64,000 nt of DNA from Chitinispirillaceae bacterium. Lineage in GTDB: Bacteria; Fibrobacterota; Chitinivibrionia; Chitinivibrionales; Chitinispirillaceae. The notes below the pieces were generated by a model, which did not search any database, had not been told where the DNA came from, and saw only the letters and a list, made by a program, of their open reading frames with translations. Made by a program: the position numbers and the translations under genes. Positions 10,066-20,199 of this stretch are shown in pieces. The stretch covers positions 17,765-81,764 of the forward strand of contig JBKHHW010000001.1 of NCBI GenBank assembly GCA_046538945.1. The letters run 5' to 3'. The number at the start of each line of letters is the position of its first letter. The first letter of the stretch is position 1.

Positions 10066-10821
10066 TTATTTAGGTTGCACAATACCGGCGAAATCAGCAG
10101 GCTTCAGTGCGGCTCCACCGATAAGCCCACCATCCACATCACTTTCCGCCAGAAGATCTTTCGCATTTCCTGGCTTCATGCTACCGCCGTACTGTATACG
10201 CATTGTGTCAGCAGTTTCTTTTCCAAAAAGTTCGGAAAGTAGTTTTCTGATGAACACATGCACCTCATTTGCCTGCTGAGGTGTAGCGGTCTCACCGGTT
10301 CCGATAGCCCAGACCGGTTCGTAGGCAATGGTGCACTTGGCAGCTTCTTCAGCAGAAATTCCCTCAAAGGCACCGCGAACCTGCTTTTCGATGACCGCAT
10401 TCATTTTACCGCTCTTCCGCTCTTCAAGAGTTTCTCCCACACAAACGATAGGAAGAAGACCCGAAACGAGAACAGCCTTTGTTTTCTTATTAACAGTCTC
10501 ATCAGTTTCACCGAAATAGGAACGCTGTTCGGAATGACCGATGATCACATAGGTCACGCCCACGCTTTTGAGCATATCGCAGCTTACTTTTCCGGTAAAA
10601 GCCCCTTTTTGCTCCCAGTGCACATCCTGAGCACCAAGTTTCACATTTGAACCCTTCAGTTCCTCCGCAACAGCCAGAAGATTGGTATAGGGCGGGCATA
10701 CTGCAACATCCACATCCGTAACTGAACCAACAACCTCAACTACGCCTTTGGCTAAAGCACGTGCTTCATCAAGGGTAGTGTTCATCTTCCAGTTACCGGC
10801 AATAAAGTTTTTTCTTGACAT
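10066..10821 (-). CDS. tpiA: Triosephosphate isomerase
   Basis: 251 aa with NWKMN, IIGHSERR-like (IIGHSEQRSYF), AYEPVWAIGTG and GGSMKP motifs. Confidence 0.95.
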   Translation of the reverse strand: MSRKNFIAGNWKMNTTLDEARALAKGVVEVVGSVTDVDVAVCPPYTNLLAVAEELKGSNVKLGAQDVHWEQKGAFTGKVSCDMLKSVGVTYVIIGHSEQRSYFGETDETVNKKTKAVLVSGLLPIVCVGETLEERKSGKMNAVIEKQVRGAFEGISAEEAAKCTIAYEPVWAIGTGETATPQQANEVHVFIRKLLSELFGKETADTMRIQYGGSMKPGNAKDLLAESDVDGGLIGGAALKPADFAGIVQPK

Positions 10822-10923
10822 GATCGTTTATCCTCAAGTTTTCAGATTATTGCAGGAGCATAAAATACTACTCGGCTCACTGCAGGTCAAAAGATTTCGT
10901 CAATCAAGCGAGGGGGAAGGCCC

Positions 10924-12192
10924 TTACTTGTCGTTTAGCGCTTTCACTCCCGGCAGTTCCTTGCCCTCGACCAGCTCAAGCGATGCCCCTCCGCCGGTGG
11001 AAATGTGAGACATTTTGTCCGCAACCCCGGCCTTTTTGACCGCGGAAACAGAATCACCTCCACCGATTACAGTGACAGCACCTTCAAGCTCCGCAAGTGA
11101 TGAAGCGATAGCCTGAGTTCCTTCGGCGAATTTGGGAAATTCAAAAACACCCATAGGACCGTTCCAGAAAACAGTCTTGGCACCCTTGATGGCGTTTTTG
11201 AATTTGTCTCTGGTCAAAGGACCGATATCCATACCCATCCAACCGTCCTCGATCGCTCCCCGGGCCACGACCTTCGATTCCACATCAGCCCCGAATTCCT
11301 TTGTCACCACATGATCGATCGGCAGATATATATACACCTGTGTTTCGTAGGCTTTCTGAAGAATCTTGCGGGCAGTATCGATCATATCCTCTTCCACGAG
11401 AGAATCACCGATCGACAGCCCTTTGGCCTTGAGAAACGTATAGGCCATGCCGCCGCCGATAATCATATAGTTCACTTTTGAAAGCAGACTTTCCAAAACT
11501 GCAATCTTGGATGAAACTTTTGCGCCACCGATAATAGCCACAAAAGGTTTTTCTGGATTATCAACAACTTTATCCTGGAGAAATTCCAGTTCCTTTTCCA
11601 TAAGGAAGCCGGCAACGGAGGGAAGAAAATGCGCCACTGCTTCCGTTGAAGCATGAGCCCGGTGAGCCGTACCGAAGGCGTCATTCACATACACATCACC
11701 GTATGATGCCAGCACCTTGCCCATTTTTTCACGATCCTGTGCATCCTTGGCCTTTTCTTCCTTGTGAAAACGGGTATTCTCAAGCATGAGAACGGCACCG
11801 TTATCCAGCTTTGAAACCATATCCCTGGTTTCATCACTCAGGCAGTCCGGAGCAACGGCAACATCCCTGCCGATAAGCTTTGAAAGATGAGCAGCCAGGG
11901 GAGCCATTTTGTGCTTACCCTCCAGATACTTCTGTTCATCAAAAGGCTTGCCCTCTTTTTCCGCCTTCTCCCTGGCCTTGGGTGTTTCCTTCCTGGGGTC
12001 ACCCAGATGAGACATGAGTACGAGGCTCTTTACACCCTGCTCCATCACGTATTTGATAGTAGGAAGCGCGGCCTGGATTCGGTTATCATCCTGAATGACT
12101 CCCTCATTCATGGGAACATTGAAATCCACGCGCATGATGACCCGTTTACCTTTAAGGTCGATATCTTTGACAGTTTTTTTCGTTATAGCCAT
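10924..12192 (-). CDS. pgk: Phosphoglycerate kinase
   Basis: 422 aa with RVDFNVP, SHLGDP-type (MSHLGDP), GGAKVSSKI and STGGGASLE motifs. Confidence 0.95.
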   Translation of the reverse strand: MAITKKTVKDIDLKGKRVIMRVDFNVPMNEGVIQDDNRIQAALPTIKYVMEQGVKSLVLMSHLGDPRKETPKAREKAEKEGKPFDEQKYLEGKHKMAPLAAHLSKLIGRDVAVAPDCLSDETRDMVSKLDNGAVLMLENTRFHKEEKAKDAQDREKMGKVLASYGDVYVNDAFGTAHRAHASTEAVAHFLPSVAGFLMEKELEFLQDKVVDNPEKPFVAIIGGAKVSSKIAVLESLLSKVNYMIIGGGMAYTFLKAKGLSIGDSLVEEDMIDTARKILQKAYETQVYIYLPIDHVVTKEFGADVESKVVARGAIEDGWMGMDIGPLTRDKFKNAIKGAKTVFWNGPMGVFEFPKFAEGTQAIASSLAELEGAVTVIGGGDSVSAVKKAGVADKMSHISTGGGASLELVEGKELPGVKALNDK

Positions 12193-12221
12193 TTGTCATT
12201 ACCCCTTCGATTTTCAGGTGG

Positions 12222-12261
12222 AAAAAAGGGTTCTTTATATTCATTGAATCATAAAGAACCC
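12222..12261 (-). terminator. Intrinsic terminator/attenuator between gap and pgk
   Basis: Minus-strand RNA reads GGGUUCUUUAU-GAUUCAAUGAAU-AUAAAGAACCC followed by UUUUUU. That is a perfect 11-bp stem, a 12-nt loop and a U6 tract. It lies 31 nt after the gap stop and 29 nt before the pgk ATG. Confidence 0.65.
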
Positions 12262-12292
12262 TCAGGGATTAACCCGGAATTGACCACTGCAC

Positions 12293-13300
<1,008 letters not shown>

Positions 13301-13475
13301 TTACCTCCAATATTGTAAGTTAAAATTGAGGATGTTTAGATTACAGGAAAAAAGCTATTTTGAAGAACAATCCTGCCAGCACAGCACAGGCGGATAATAT
13401 AGTTTGGGTCTGGACGCGAGTCAACCCAAAACCATTTTGGATAAGCCGTATCACATTACTCCTGAAGAGGTACAT

Positions 13476-14294
13476 ATGAATGATTCAATTCCCAAAGCGC
13501 CGTTTCTGAAATACACGGATATCGCCCGACCGGGTCCCTTCTTCATTGCCGGTCCCTGCGTCATCGAGTCCGAAGACTTATGCTGCAGGGTGGCGGAGGA
13601 ACTGGTGAAACTAGCCGAATCCAACAACGTTGATATCATTTTCAAATCATCATTCTACAAAGCCAACCGCACATCCCTAAATTCCTACCGCGGACCAGGC
13701 AAACAGGAAGGTTTGAAAATTCTCGACAACATAAGGCAACAGTTCGACATTCCGGTTCTCACCGATATTCATGAATCCCAGGATGCTCAGGAGATTGCCC
13801 AGGCAGTCGACATTCTTCAGATCCCGGCATTTCTCTGCAGACAGACAGACCTGCTTGAAAGTGCAAAAGCAACGGGCAAATGGATCAATATCAAAAAAGG
13901 ACAGTTCATGGCCCCCGAAGACATGAAATACTCGCTGCAGAAGGCCGGGGGCAAGTGCTGGCTTACTGAACGAGGCACGTTCTTCGGCTACAACCGTCTG
14001 GTGGTGGATTTTATTTCAATCCCGACCATGAAAAAATACGGACGAGCGGTTGTTTTCGATGCCACTCACAGCGTACAGCAACCGGGAGGTGGAAACGGCT
14101 GTTCTTCCGGAAACAGAGAAATGGCACTTCCGCTGGCCCGGGCAGCCCTGGCCTCCGGAGCAGACGCGCTGTTCATGGAGATCCACCCAGATCCAGATAA
14201 GGCTTTTTGTGATGGTCCAAACAGTTTGAGCGTTCAGGACTTTACCCAAGCTCTACCAAAACTGATTGATATTTACAATGTGGTAAACGGATAA
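13476..14294 (+). CDS. kdsA: 3-deoxy-8-phosphooctulonate (KDO-8-P) synthase
   Basis: Motifs FKSSFYKANRTS, LTDIHE and IKKGQFM. The ATG at 13476 is preceded by GAAGAGG with a 5-nt spacer. The ORF-track TTG at 13404 only adds an unlikely 24-aa leader. Confidence 0.9.
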   Translation: MNDSIPKAPFLKYTDIARPGPFFIAGPCVIESEDLCCRVAEELVKLAESNNVDIIFKSSFYKANRTSLNSYRGPGKQEGLKILDNIRQQFDIPVLTDIHESQDAQEIAQAVDILQIPAFLCRQTDLLESAKATGKWINIKKGQFMAPEDMKYSLQKAGGKCWLTERGTFFGYNRLVVDFISIPTMKKYGRAVVFDATHSVQQPGGGNGCSSGNREMALPLARAALASGADALFMEIHPDPDKAFCDGPNSLSVQDFTQALPKLIDIYNVVNG

Positions 14295-14301
14295 TTCCGA
14301 T

Positions 14302-15330
14302 TTAGGAAGAACCAGAGCCCAGATTCACTTTGTTCTTCCAACCGGAAGAAATATGAGCTTTTCCGTTCGAATCGACAACTATACACTCCAGATCCGGCCT
14401 ATCCTGGACAAACTGCAGGATTTCGCGGGCACTGCGGCAGAAAAGTCCCGTACTGTAGATATCGGCAATTACCGGGTCCGTCGCCCAGATAGTGAGACTC
14501 CGGTTTTCTCCGCAGCTGTAACCGGTGCGGGTGTCAAAAAGATGATGATACCTTCTGCCATCCACTACTCTGAACCGTTCGTAATCACCACTGGTCACAA
14601 GCGCACCCTTATCAAGAGGAAGCGTCGCGAGCATCTCCGAACGGTTTCTGGGATGTTGAACCCCGATCACCCAACTTGAGTTATCAGCACGAGCTCCGGA
14701 GGAAACAATGTCACCTCCGGCTACGATAAGATAATCGTTTATGCCGTATGACCTGACCAGCTCCTCCAACTGACGGAGCACATATCCCTTGGCGATTCCC
14801 CCCACATCGATTCTGATTTCAGGAGATTCGATTGTCACCTCATCTGCGGCATCGTTCAGTTCTACTTTCCGATAATCGACTTTGGACAAAGCATCTTTCA
14901 CCTGAGCCGGCTCCGGAAGAGGAGCATCCCCATTGGCCTGCTCATCAAAACCCCAAAGCTCTTTCAAAGGAAGTACGGTAATATCGAAGGCACCGTCCAG
15001 AGTATCGCCGTAGGCAAGTCCCAGCCGAAGCATTTCACCCAGATCGTCTGAAACCGGCATGCTCTTCTTCGATCGCTCGTTCAAGAGCCTCACTTCAGAA
15101 CCAGCCCGACTTACCGAAAAACGTTTTTCACTCTGGGCCAGAAAAGAATCCACCTTTTTCCAAACCGTGTCGACATCAAAACTTTCCGGAACCGAAAGTG
15201 TTATTTCAGAAACCGTATCCATCCGGAAAAAGAGACGTTTACGATGCACTTTGCCATTGGACGAACAGGTCATCAGCACCAGCAAAAAAATCGGAACAGC
15301 AGCATACACTATCTTTTTTATCACATTCAT
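14302..15330 (-). CDS. apbE: ApbE-family FAD:protein FMN transferase (lipoprotein)
   Basis: 342 aa with a lipobox-like LVLMTC and motifs FDITVLPL, IDVGGIAKGY, VAGGDI, TSGDYERF and HHLFDTRTG. Confidence 0.85.
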   Translation of the reverse strand: MNVIKKIVYAAVPIFLLVLMTCSSNGKVHRKRLFFRMDTVSEITLSVPESFDVDTVWKKVDSFLAQSEKRFSVSRAGSEVRLLNERSKKSMPVSDDLGEMLRLGLAYGDTLDGAFDITVLPLKELWGFDEQANGDAPLPEPAQVKDALSKVDYRKVELNDAADEVTIESPEIRIDVGGIAKGYVLRQLEELVRSYGINDYLIVAGGDIVSSGARADNSSWVIGVQHPRNRSEMLATLPLDKGALVTSGDYERFRVVDGRRYHHLFDTRTGYSCGENRSLTIWATDPVIADIYSTGLFCRSAREILQFVQDRPDLECIVVDSNGKAHISSGWKNKVNLGSGSS

Positions 15331-15358
15331 TCCCGGTGACTAAAATCAAAACAAACGA

Positions 15359-16135
15359 TCATACTGTTTCAGAATTCCGTGCTTTGTGCCAGTTCACCAC
15401 AGCCGAAAACGGCAAAGATCCTCCGAAGATGTCAAGGGCACTGCCGACCGTGGCATCCACACGCCCCTTACCAAGCTGATCCACCATCTCAAGATCTGCA
15501 ACGTTGCGTATACCCCCGGCATAAGTCACCGGCTGAAAGCAACAATGGCCCAAAAGCGACACGAGTTCTGAATCGATGCCCTTTTTAAGTCCCTCCACGT
15601 CCGCGGCATGAATCAGGTACTCATCACAGTACTCATTCAGTTTCGCAAACAACTCTTCGGAAACTTCCTCTTCAGTGAACTTCTGCCACCGGTCGGTAAC
15701 CACCAGATACCGATCCCCGGCCCTGCGGCAGCTCAGATCAAGCACCAGTCTCTTCTTACCGACAGCCCTGATCAACTCCTCCAGACGCTCCCATTTGATA
15801 CGCCCGTCACTGAATACGTACGAGGTAACAATAACGTGTGACGCTCCGGCATCCAGAAACATTTTTGCGTTCTGGGGTTTTATACCGCCACCTGCCTGAA
15901 GTCCCCCGGGAAAGGCGGAGAGCGCTTCCAAAGCCGCCTTCTGATTCCCCGGTCCAAGCATGATCACATGACCGCCCCGGAGGTCGTTATCTCTGTACAA
16001 AGCTGCAAAATGAGACGGCGACTGGTCTGTTTCAAAGTTGGTGATCAGTCTTTTCCTATTCCCTTCGAATAAGGTTCCCCCCACTATCTGCTTGACTCTT
16101 CCATCATGAAGATCAATACATGGTCTAAAACGCAT
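15359..16135 (-). CDS. HisA-family isomerase of the eukaryote-like (His6) subtype
   Basis: 258 aa. The N-terminus MRFRPCIDLHDGRVKQIVGGTL matches the His6-type ProFAR isomerase N-terminus as I recall it. It looks like a (beta/alpha)8 barrel with a C-terminal GGIR. No other his genes are in the window. Confidence 0.7.
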   Translation of the reverse strand: MRFRPCIDLHDGRVKQIVGGTLFEGNRKRLITNFETDQSPSHFAALYRDNDLRGGHVIMLGPGNQKAALEALSAFPGGLQAGGGIKPQNAKMFLDAGASHVIVTSYVFSDGRIKWERLEELIRAVGKKRLVLDLSCRRAGDRYLVVTDRWQKFTEEEVSEELFAKLNEYCDEYLIHAADVEGLKKGIDSELVSLLGHCCFQPVTYAGGIRNVADLEMVDQLGKGRVDATVGSALDIFGGSLPFSAVVNWHKARNSETV

Positions 16136-16286
16136 AATTATATTTTTAACCCTTTGAATGTTTTTGGATACTAAAGTGTTCTAAAATACGCTCCGCTGAT
16201 CAGTTCTGCATAGAACAGGTTTGACGGACATATATTCAGAAACCATATTAGAAATTATTACCTACACATTTCTGAAAGGGGTGCAT

Positions 16287-17021
16287 ATGAATTTGAAATC
16301 TTTTCTGACAGTCTGCGGCCTTGTTGCCTTTATAGGATGCGGAAGCAGCGGTCCTAGAGAAGTCGTGGAAGAAAAATATCCCAGCGGAGCCAAAAAGGTA
16401 GTCGTAGTCTACGATGGAAAAGACACCCTCCGGGCCACCTTCTTTTTCGAAGATGGAAAAATCCAGTCAGACCGCTTCTACAAAGAGAGCAAACTCGACA
16501 GCGTAATGGTCATAAACAACAAAGATGGCCAAACGATCCAGGAATGCCACTACAAGGAAGGCAAAAAGCATGGTACCGAAAAGGAATTCTATGATGACGG
16601 TACCCTGAAAAGTGAAACTACCTACGAAAACGACGCTCCTGTAGGAAAGTCGGTGTCCTATTATGAAGACGGTCAGATCATGCAGGAAACCAGTTATGCA
16701 AATGGAAAGAAAGACGGCAAGGAAACTGTTTACTATCCTAACGGGAAGATTAAACATGTACGCCATTACAAGGCCGGCAATATGGAAGGACTTGAACAGG
16801 AATTTTTCGAAACCGGCAAAGTCAAAGTCGAAAAGAACTGGAAAGACAATCACCTTGACGGTACATTTGTAACCTACCATCCGAATGGAAAAAAGGAAGA
16901 GACAGGCACTTACAAAGAGGGCGCCTACGATGGTACCAGAACCATGTACAATAAATTCGGCGGCAAGGTGTCAGAAGCATACTATGAAAACGGAGAACGT
17001 ACCGGCGGACAGGTATTCTAA
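16287..17021 (+). CDS. MORN-repeat-variant (YwqK-like) lipoprotein
   Basis: The ATG at 16287 gives MNLKSFLTVCGLVAFIGCGSS (lipobox). About eight repeats of Yx.G....E..Y..GK..G follow (e.g. YYPNGKIKHVRHYKAGNMEGLEQEF). The SD AAAGGGG lies upstream. The ORF-track start at 16221 adds a non-signal leader. Confidence 0.75.
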   Translation: MNLKSFLTVCGLVAFIGCGSSGPREVVEEKYPSGAKKVVVVYDGKDTLRATFFFEDGKIQSDRFYKESKLDSVMVINNKDGQTIQECHYKEGKKHGTEKEFYDDGTLKSETTYENDAPVGKSVSYYEDGQIMQETSYANGKKDGKETVYYPNGKIKHVRHYKAGNMEGLEQEFFETGKVKVEKNWKDNHLDGTFVTYHPNGKKEETGTYKEGAYDGTRTMYNKFGGKVSEAYYENGERTGGQVF

Positions 17022-17031
17022 AAAATTCTCG

Positions 17032-17058
17032 AACCGGTTCTCGTCCTGAGAGCCGGTT
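17032..17058. terminator. Hairpin in the 41-bp convergent gap, possibly a bidirectional terminator
   Basis: aaccggttctc-gtcct-gagagccggtt forms an 11-bp stem with one G-U pair. T-rich sequence flanks both sides. Confidence 0.45.
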
Positions 17059-17062
17059 TCTT

Positions 17063-18562
17063 CTAATCCACCCACCTGATTCCAGCAATCAGCTTTTCCA
17101 AAATCTGCTCCTGCATAACCCAGTTATCGTACTGGCCTCGGCCAACCCCATTGCAGAGGATCGCAAAAGCATACGTTTCATCCTCCAGAAGAACATAACC
17201 GGCCAACGTGGAAACTCTGATTGAATTCAATGTACCAGTTTTAGCTCTTACAATTCCCTTCAGACGCGATCTCTGAAACCTGTCTTCAAGAGTCCCATCA
17301 ACTCCCGAAACAGAAAGAGAAGCCAGGTAATCAGGAAAATATCTCTTCTGACGCGATACATAAGAGAGCAGTTCTACTATCTGGGAAGCGCTGAGGCGAT
17401 TGGTGGTTTTACCCATCCCGGACCCATTCGAAATCAAAGGTTTACCGGGTAAATCCAGCTCTGCCCACCACCTTGAAACAACTGCAGCTCCATTGAGCCA
17501 GGTTCCCGGAGAACCGTCCCGGACCGCTCCCATAGTCTTAAACAACATTTCCGACACAAAGTTATTTGAATGCCTGAACATATGTCCCACATAATCTGAA
17601 AGGGGCTGGCCTTTGAAGGTATAAAAAGGATCTTGCGATTCCAACCCGGAAGGCACTCTTTTGCGAACAGTTTTTCCTGTTATCTGTATACCGTTTTCCC
17701 TGAACAGCGACCTGACAGCTCCGCCAAAAACCTCCCAGGTCTGCCATACTTTTCTGAAAGTATACCTGGAGGGTTCATTCAATGCCATGGCCCCACGGAC
17801 ATCTATCTGAGTAACTCCCGCACTCTGAGACGTTCTTATATCGAGACTGCCACGGGTTCCGGAGGGCACAGTCACAGCAGAGGAGTTTATTTTCAGACCC
17901 TCAATGCGGGGAAACACATCCACGTGCACAGGTGATCCCACGTGCTGTCCTGAACGGTGATGAATAGCAATACTGCTGAAATTGGCTGATAGCGCACCTA
18001 TGATAGACTGATAAGCCCTGCTTCCATCATTATTGGAAAATCCGGGTCCTACCCTGACAGAATCGAAAAAGAAATCATCAAGAACAAGATCCCCGTCTAT
18101 GACATTTATTCCCCTGTGCTTCAGGTGCTGCACAAATAGCCACATCTTTTCGGCACTGAACCCCGGATCTCCCCGTCCCTGTATATACAGATTTCCATGG
18201 ACAACACCCGAATCACAATTGTAGGTTCCATCAATATACACCGGCGTTTCAAATGTGTAATCCGAACCAAGAGTTTCAAATGCTGCAGCACCAGTTACAA
18301 GCTTTGAAACCGAGGCCGGAATCATCATGCTGTCAGCATTGATCGAAACGACATTCGAATCAGTATCGAGATCCTTTATCACTACTGCGATTCCTCCGCC
18401 GGTGTAACTGCGTGCATGGAGCAGTTTCTCGACTTTTCCCTGCATGGAACCGAAAACCAGTCGGATTAAAACCAGCGGAATAAATAAAGCAAACACCCTT
18501 TTTCGCACACTCACTTTTTTTCCTTTCGATACTGCTAATTTTGCTTTCTTCACGACTTCCAA
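17063..18562 (-). CDS. dacB: D-alanyl-D-alanine carboxypeptidase/endopeptidase (PBP4, peptidase S13)
   Basis: 499 aa with SxxK (PASVSKLVTG), SxN (HSNNFVSE) and KTG (AKTGTL). The N-terminal anchor start codon is uncertain; the track uses a TTG. Confidence 0.85.
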   Translation of the reverse strand: MEVVKKAKLAVSKGKKVSVRKRVFALFIPLVLIRLVFGSMQGKVEKLLHARSYTGGGIAVVIKDLDTDSNVVSINADSMMIPASVSKLVTGAAAFETLGSDYTFETPVYIDGTYNCDSGVVHGNLYIQGRGDPGFSAEKMWLFVQHLKHRGINVIDGDLVLDDFFFDSVRVGPGFSNNDGSRAYQSIIGALSANFSSIAIHHRSGQHVGSPVHVDVFPRIEGLKINSSAVTVPSGTRGSLDIRTSQSAGVTQIDVRGAMALNEPSRYTFRKVWQTWEVFGGAVRSLFRENGIQITGKTVRKRVPSGLESQDPFYTFKGQPLSDYVGHMFRHSNNFVSEMLFKTMGAVRDGSPGTWLNGAAVVSRWWAELDLPGKPLISNGSGMGKTTNRLSASQIVELLSYVSRQKRYFPDYLASLSVSGVDGTLEDRFQRSRLKGIVRAKTGTLNSIRVSTLAGYVLLEDETYAFAILCNGVGRGQYDNWVMQEQILEKLIAGIRWVD

Positions 18563-18636
18563 AATTCTATTTTAATTACTGTAAAATAATAAATACAACA
18601 TTCAGATTACCCTTACCCTCACAGGGGAGATTTTTA

Positions 18637-18849
18637 ATGCCGAAATATGCAATTGCTTTTATCACACCAGCAAAAAAGATGCAGCTTCGCCACAAAATGA
18701 TCGAAGGTGAAAACAAGGACAGCGCCCTCAGACGCTTTTTCAACGAAGAAGCTAACGAGTACTACTCCAACGACGAACAGGGGTATTACTATTTCAAAGA
18801 AGACTTCTATGATGAGACGGCTGGCTCAGGCAGTATTATCGAACTGTAG
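18637..18849 (+). CDS. Small hypothetical protein (70 aa, Y/E/D-rich)
   Basis: The ATG at 18637 is preceded by GGGGAG with a 7-nt spacer. Sequence: MPKYAIAFITPAKKMQLRHKMIEGENKDSALRRFFNEEANEYYSNDEQGYYYFKEDFYDETAGSGSIIEL. I recognise no family. Confidence 0.45.
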   Translation: MPKYAIAFITPAKKMQLRHKMIEGENKDSALRRFFNEEANEYYSNDEQGYYYFKEDFYDETAGSGSIIEL

Positions 18850-18861
18850 CAGAAAAGAAAC

Positions 18862-18880
18862 GCCTGCCAACCGGGCAGGC
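18862..18880. terminator. GC hairpin between convergent genes
   Basis: gcctgcc-aaccg-ggcaggc is a 7-bp GC-rich stem. It sits 13 nt after the small ORF stop and 23 nt from the nrdR stop. There is no strong U-tract. Confidence 0.35.
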
Positions 18881-18902
18881 AACGCAGTTTCCAAACACGT
18901 AT

Positions 18903-19373
18903 CTATTTGGAGTCGGGTTCTGTTTTCGATCCGATCCCCTGGACTTCAGAAATGAACTCACTGATATCCTTGAATTTTCTATATACAGACGCGAACCTGA
19001 TGTAAGCCACTTCATCCAGCCCGTACAGTTCCGTCATGACCAATTTCCCGATTTCCGAACTGGGCACCTCGTTTCTGCCCAGCTTGTCAATCTGATTTTC
19101 TATTTTTTCAACTATACTGTCGATTTTCTTCACACTCACAGGCCTCTTTTTGCAGGCGGCGGAAATACCCTGAAGGAGCTTCTGACGGTCGTAGGGCTCG
19201 CGGCGCTGATCATTTTTTATGATCGTCATGGAGACACTCTCTATGTATTCATATGTGGTGAAGCGACGACCGCAATCCAGACACTCCCGTCTGCGCCTGA
19301 CCGCCCTCCCCTCTTTGCTTGTCCGGGAGTCGACAACTTTATCTTCCTCATGGCTACAATATGGACAGCGCAT
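18903..19373 (-). CDS. nrdR: Transcriptional repressor NrdR
   Basis: 156 aa. MRCPYCSHEEDKVVDSRTSKEGRAVRRRRECLDCGRRFTTYE is the zinc ribbon; an ATP-cone follows. Confidence 0.95.
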   Translation of the reverse strand: MRCPYCSHEEDKVVDSRTSKEGRAVRRRRECLDCGRRFTTYEYIESVSMTIIKNDQRREPYDRQKLLQGISAACKKRPVSVKKIDSIVEKIENQIDKLGRNEVPSSEIGKLVMTELYGLDEVAYIRFASVYRKFKDISEFISEVQGIGSKTEPDSK

Positions 19374-19409
19374 TTGTATTCTCCTGCCGATGTGATGTTT
19401 TCGGAATTG

Positions 19410-19442
19410 AAAAAAGGCAATCAGAGTGCAGTGCTGATTGCC
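19410..19442 (-). terminator. Intrinsic terminator upstream of nrdR, downstream of the 228-aa gene
   Basis: Minus-strand RNA reads GGCAAUCAG-CACUGCACU-CUGAUUGCC followed by UUUUUU (9-bp perfect stem). A second weaker hairpin cccgg/ccggg lies at 19485-19500, right after the upstream stop. Confidence 0.6.
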
Positions 19443-19512
19443 GCAAACCGAAAACAGATGATTGCATATAATAAAAATAAACGTCCCGGTTCTGCCCGGG
19501 CAAGAAAAGCAT

Positions 19513-20199
19513 TCAGAAACTGGTGGTCAGAGACACTTCAGCCCCGGAGAGATCAGGCGCTATTGACTGCTGAAACTCGAGAGACTTGAGGACCGATTCT
19601 CTTTGGGAAATCTTCAAATCGACGATCGAGACGATGCGGTTGAGAATCATTCCGCCTATGAAAAAAGAGGAAACTACCTGGAATTGACGGGACTGCTCGC
19701 GAAGTTTGTTGAACTCCTCTTTCTGGCTCTCATCCCCCCATCGCCACCACTCCTTAGGATTCAAATACTTCTCCGCTTCGCTGCGCTCGAGACTAACAGC
19801 CTGGTTGTAATCCCCGGCCTCCATGAAATTGCCCACATGCCTCCAGTACGCTTCATTATCCTGCGGATCCTCTATGCCGCCTACAGTAGAAGCATACGTA
19901 CAAGCTTCCCCTTCCCGCTGCCTGGAATAGGAATGAAACAGTACCGCTCCGAAAAGTGCGGCCACATCAAATGCCAGATATTTGAACGCAGAAGACGAAT
20001 TATCAAGATAGTGATGTCCCAATCCGGGAACAGCTGCGGAAGCCGCCATAGCCATCGTCACAGACTTGTTGCTCTGAGGTACACTATCGAAAATATTCAC
20101 CTCTTTGGTGATCACCTCTTCCTCTACCGTCACCTGCGAAAACACATCTACAGCAGCAACAGCAAGGACAGCCATGCAGAAAAGCAGTTCTTTTTTCAA
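19513..20199 (-). CDS. Exported membrane protein, short paralog of the upstream gene (DUF5683-like features)
   Basis: 228 aa with a signal peptide (MKKELLFCMAVLAVAAVDVFSQ). It has a PGLG motif plus a hydrophobic helix (SAAVPGLGHHYLDNSSSAFKYLAFDVAALFGAVLF), a second helix (FFIGGMILNRIVSIVD) and a C-terminal ...VSLTTSF. The TTG start overlaps the upstream stop (TTGA). Confidence 0.6.
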   Translation of the reverse strand: MKKELLFCMAVLAVAAVDVFSQVTVEEEVITKEVNIFDSVPQSNKSVTMAMAASAAVPGLGHHYLDNSSSAFKYLAFDVAALFGAVLFHSYSRQREGEACTYASTVGGIEDPQDNEAYWRHVGNFMEAGDYNQAVSLERSEAEKYLNPKEWWRWGDESQKEEFNKLREQSRQFQVVSSFFIGGMILNRIVSIVDLKISQRESVLKSLEFQQSIAPDLSGAEVSLTTSF

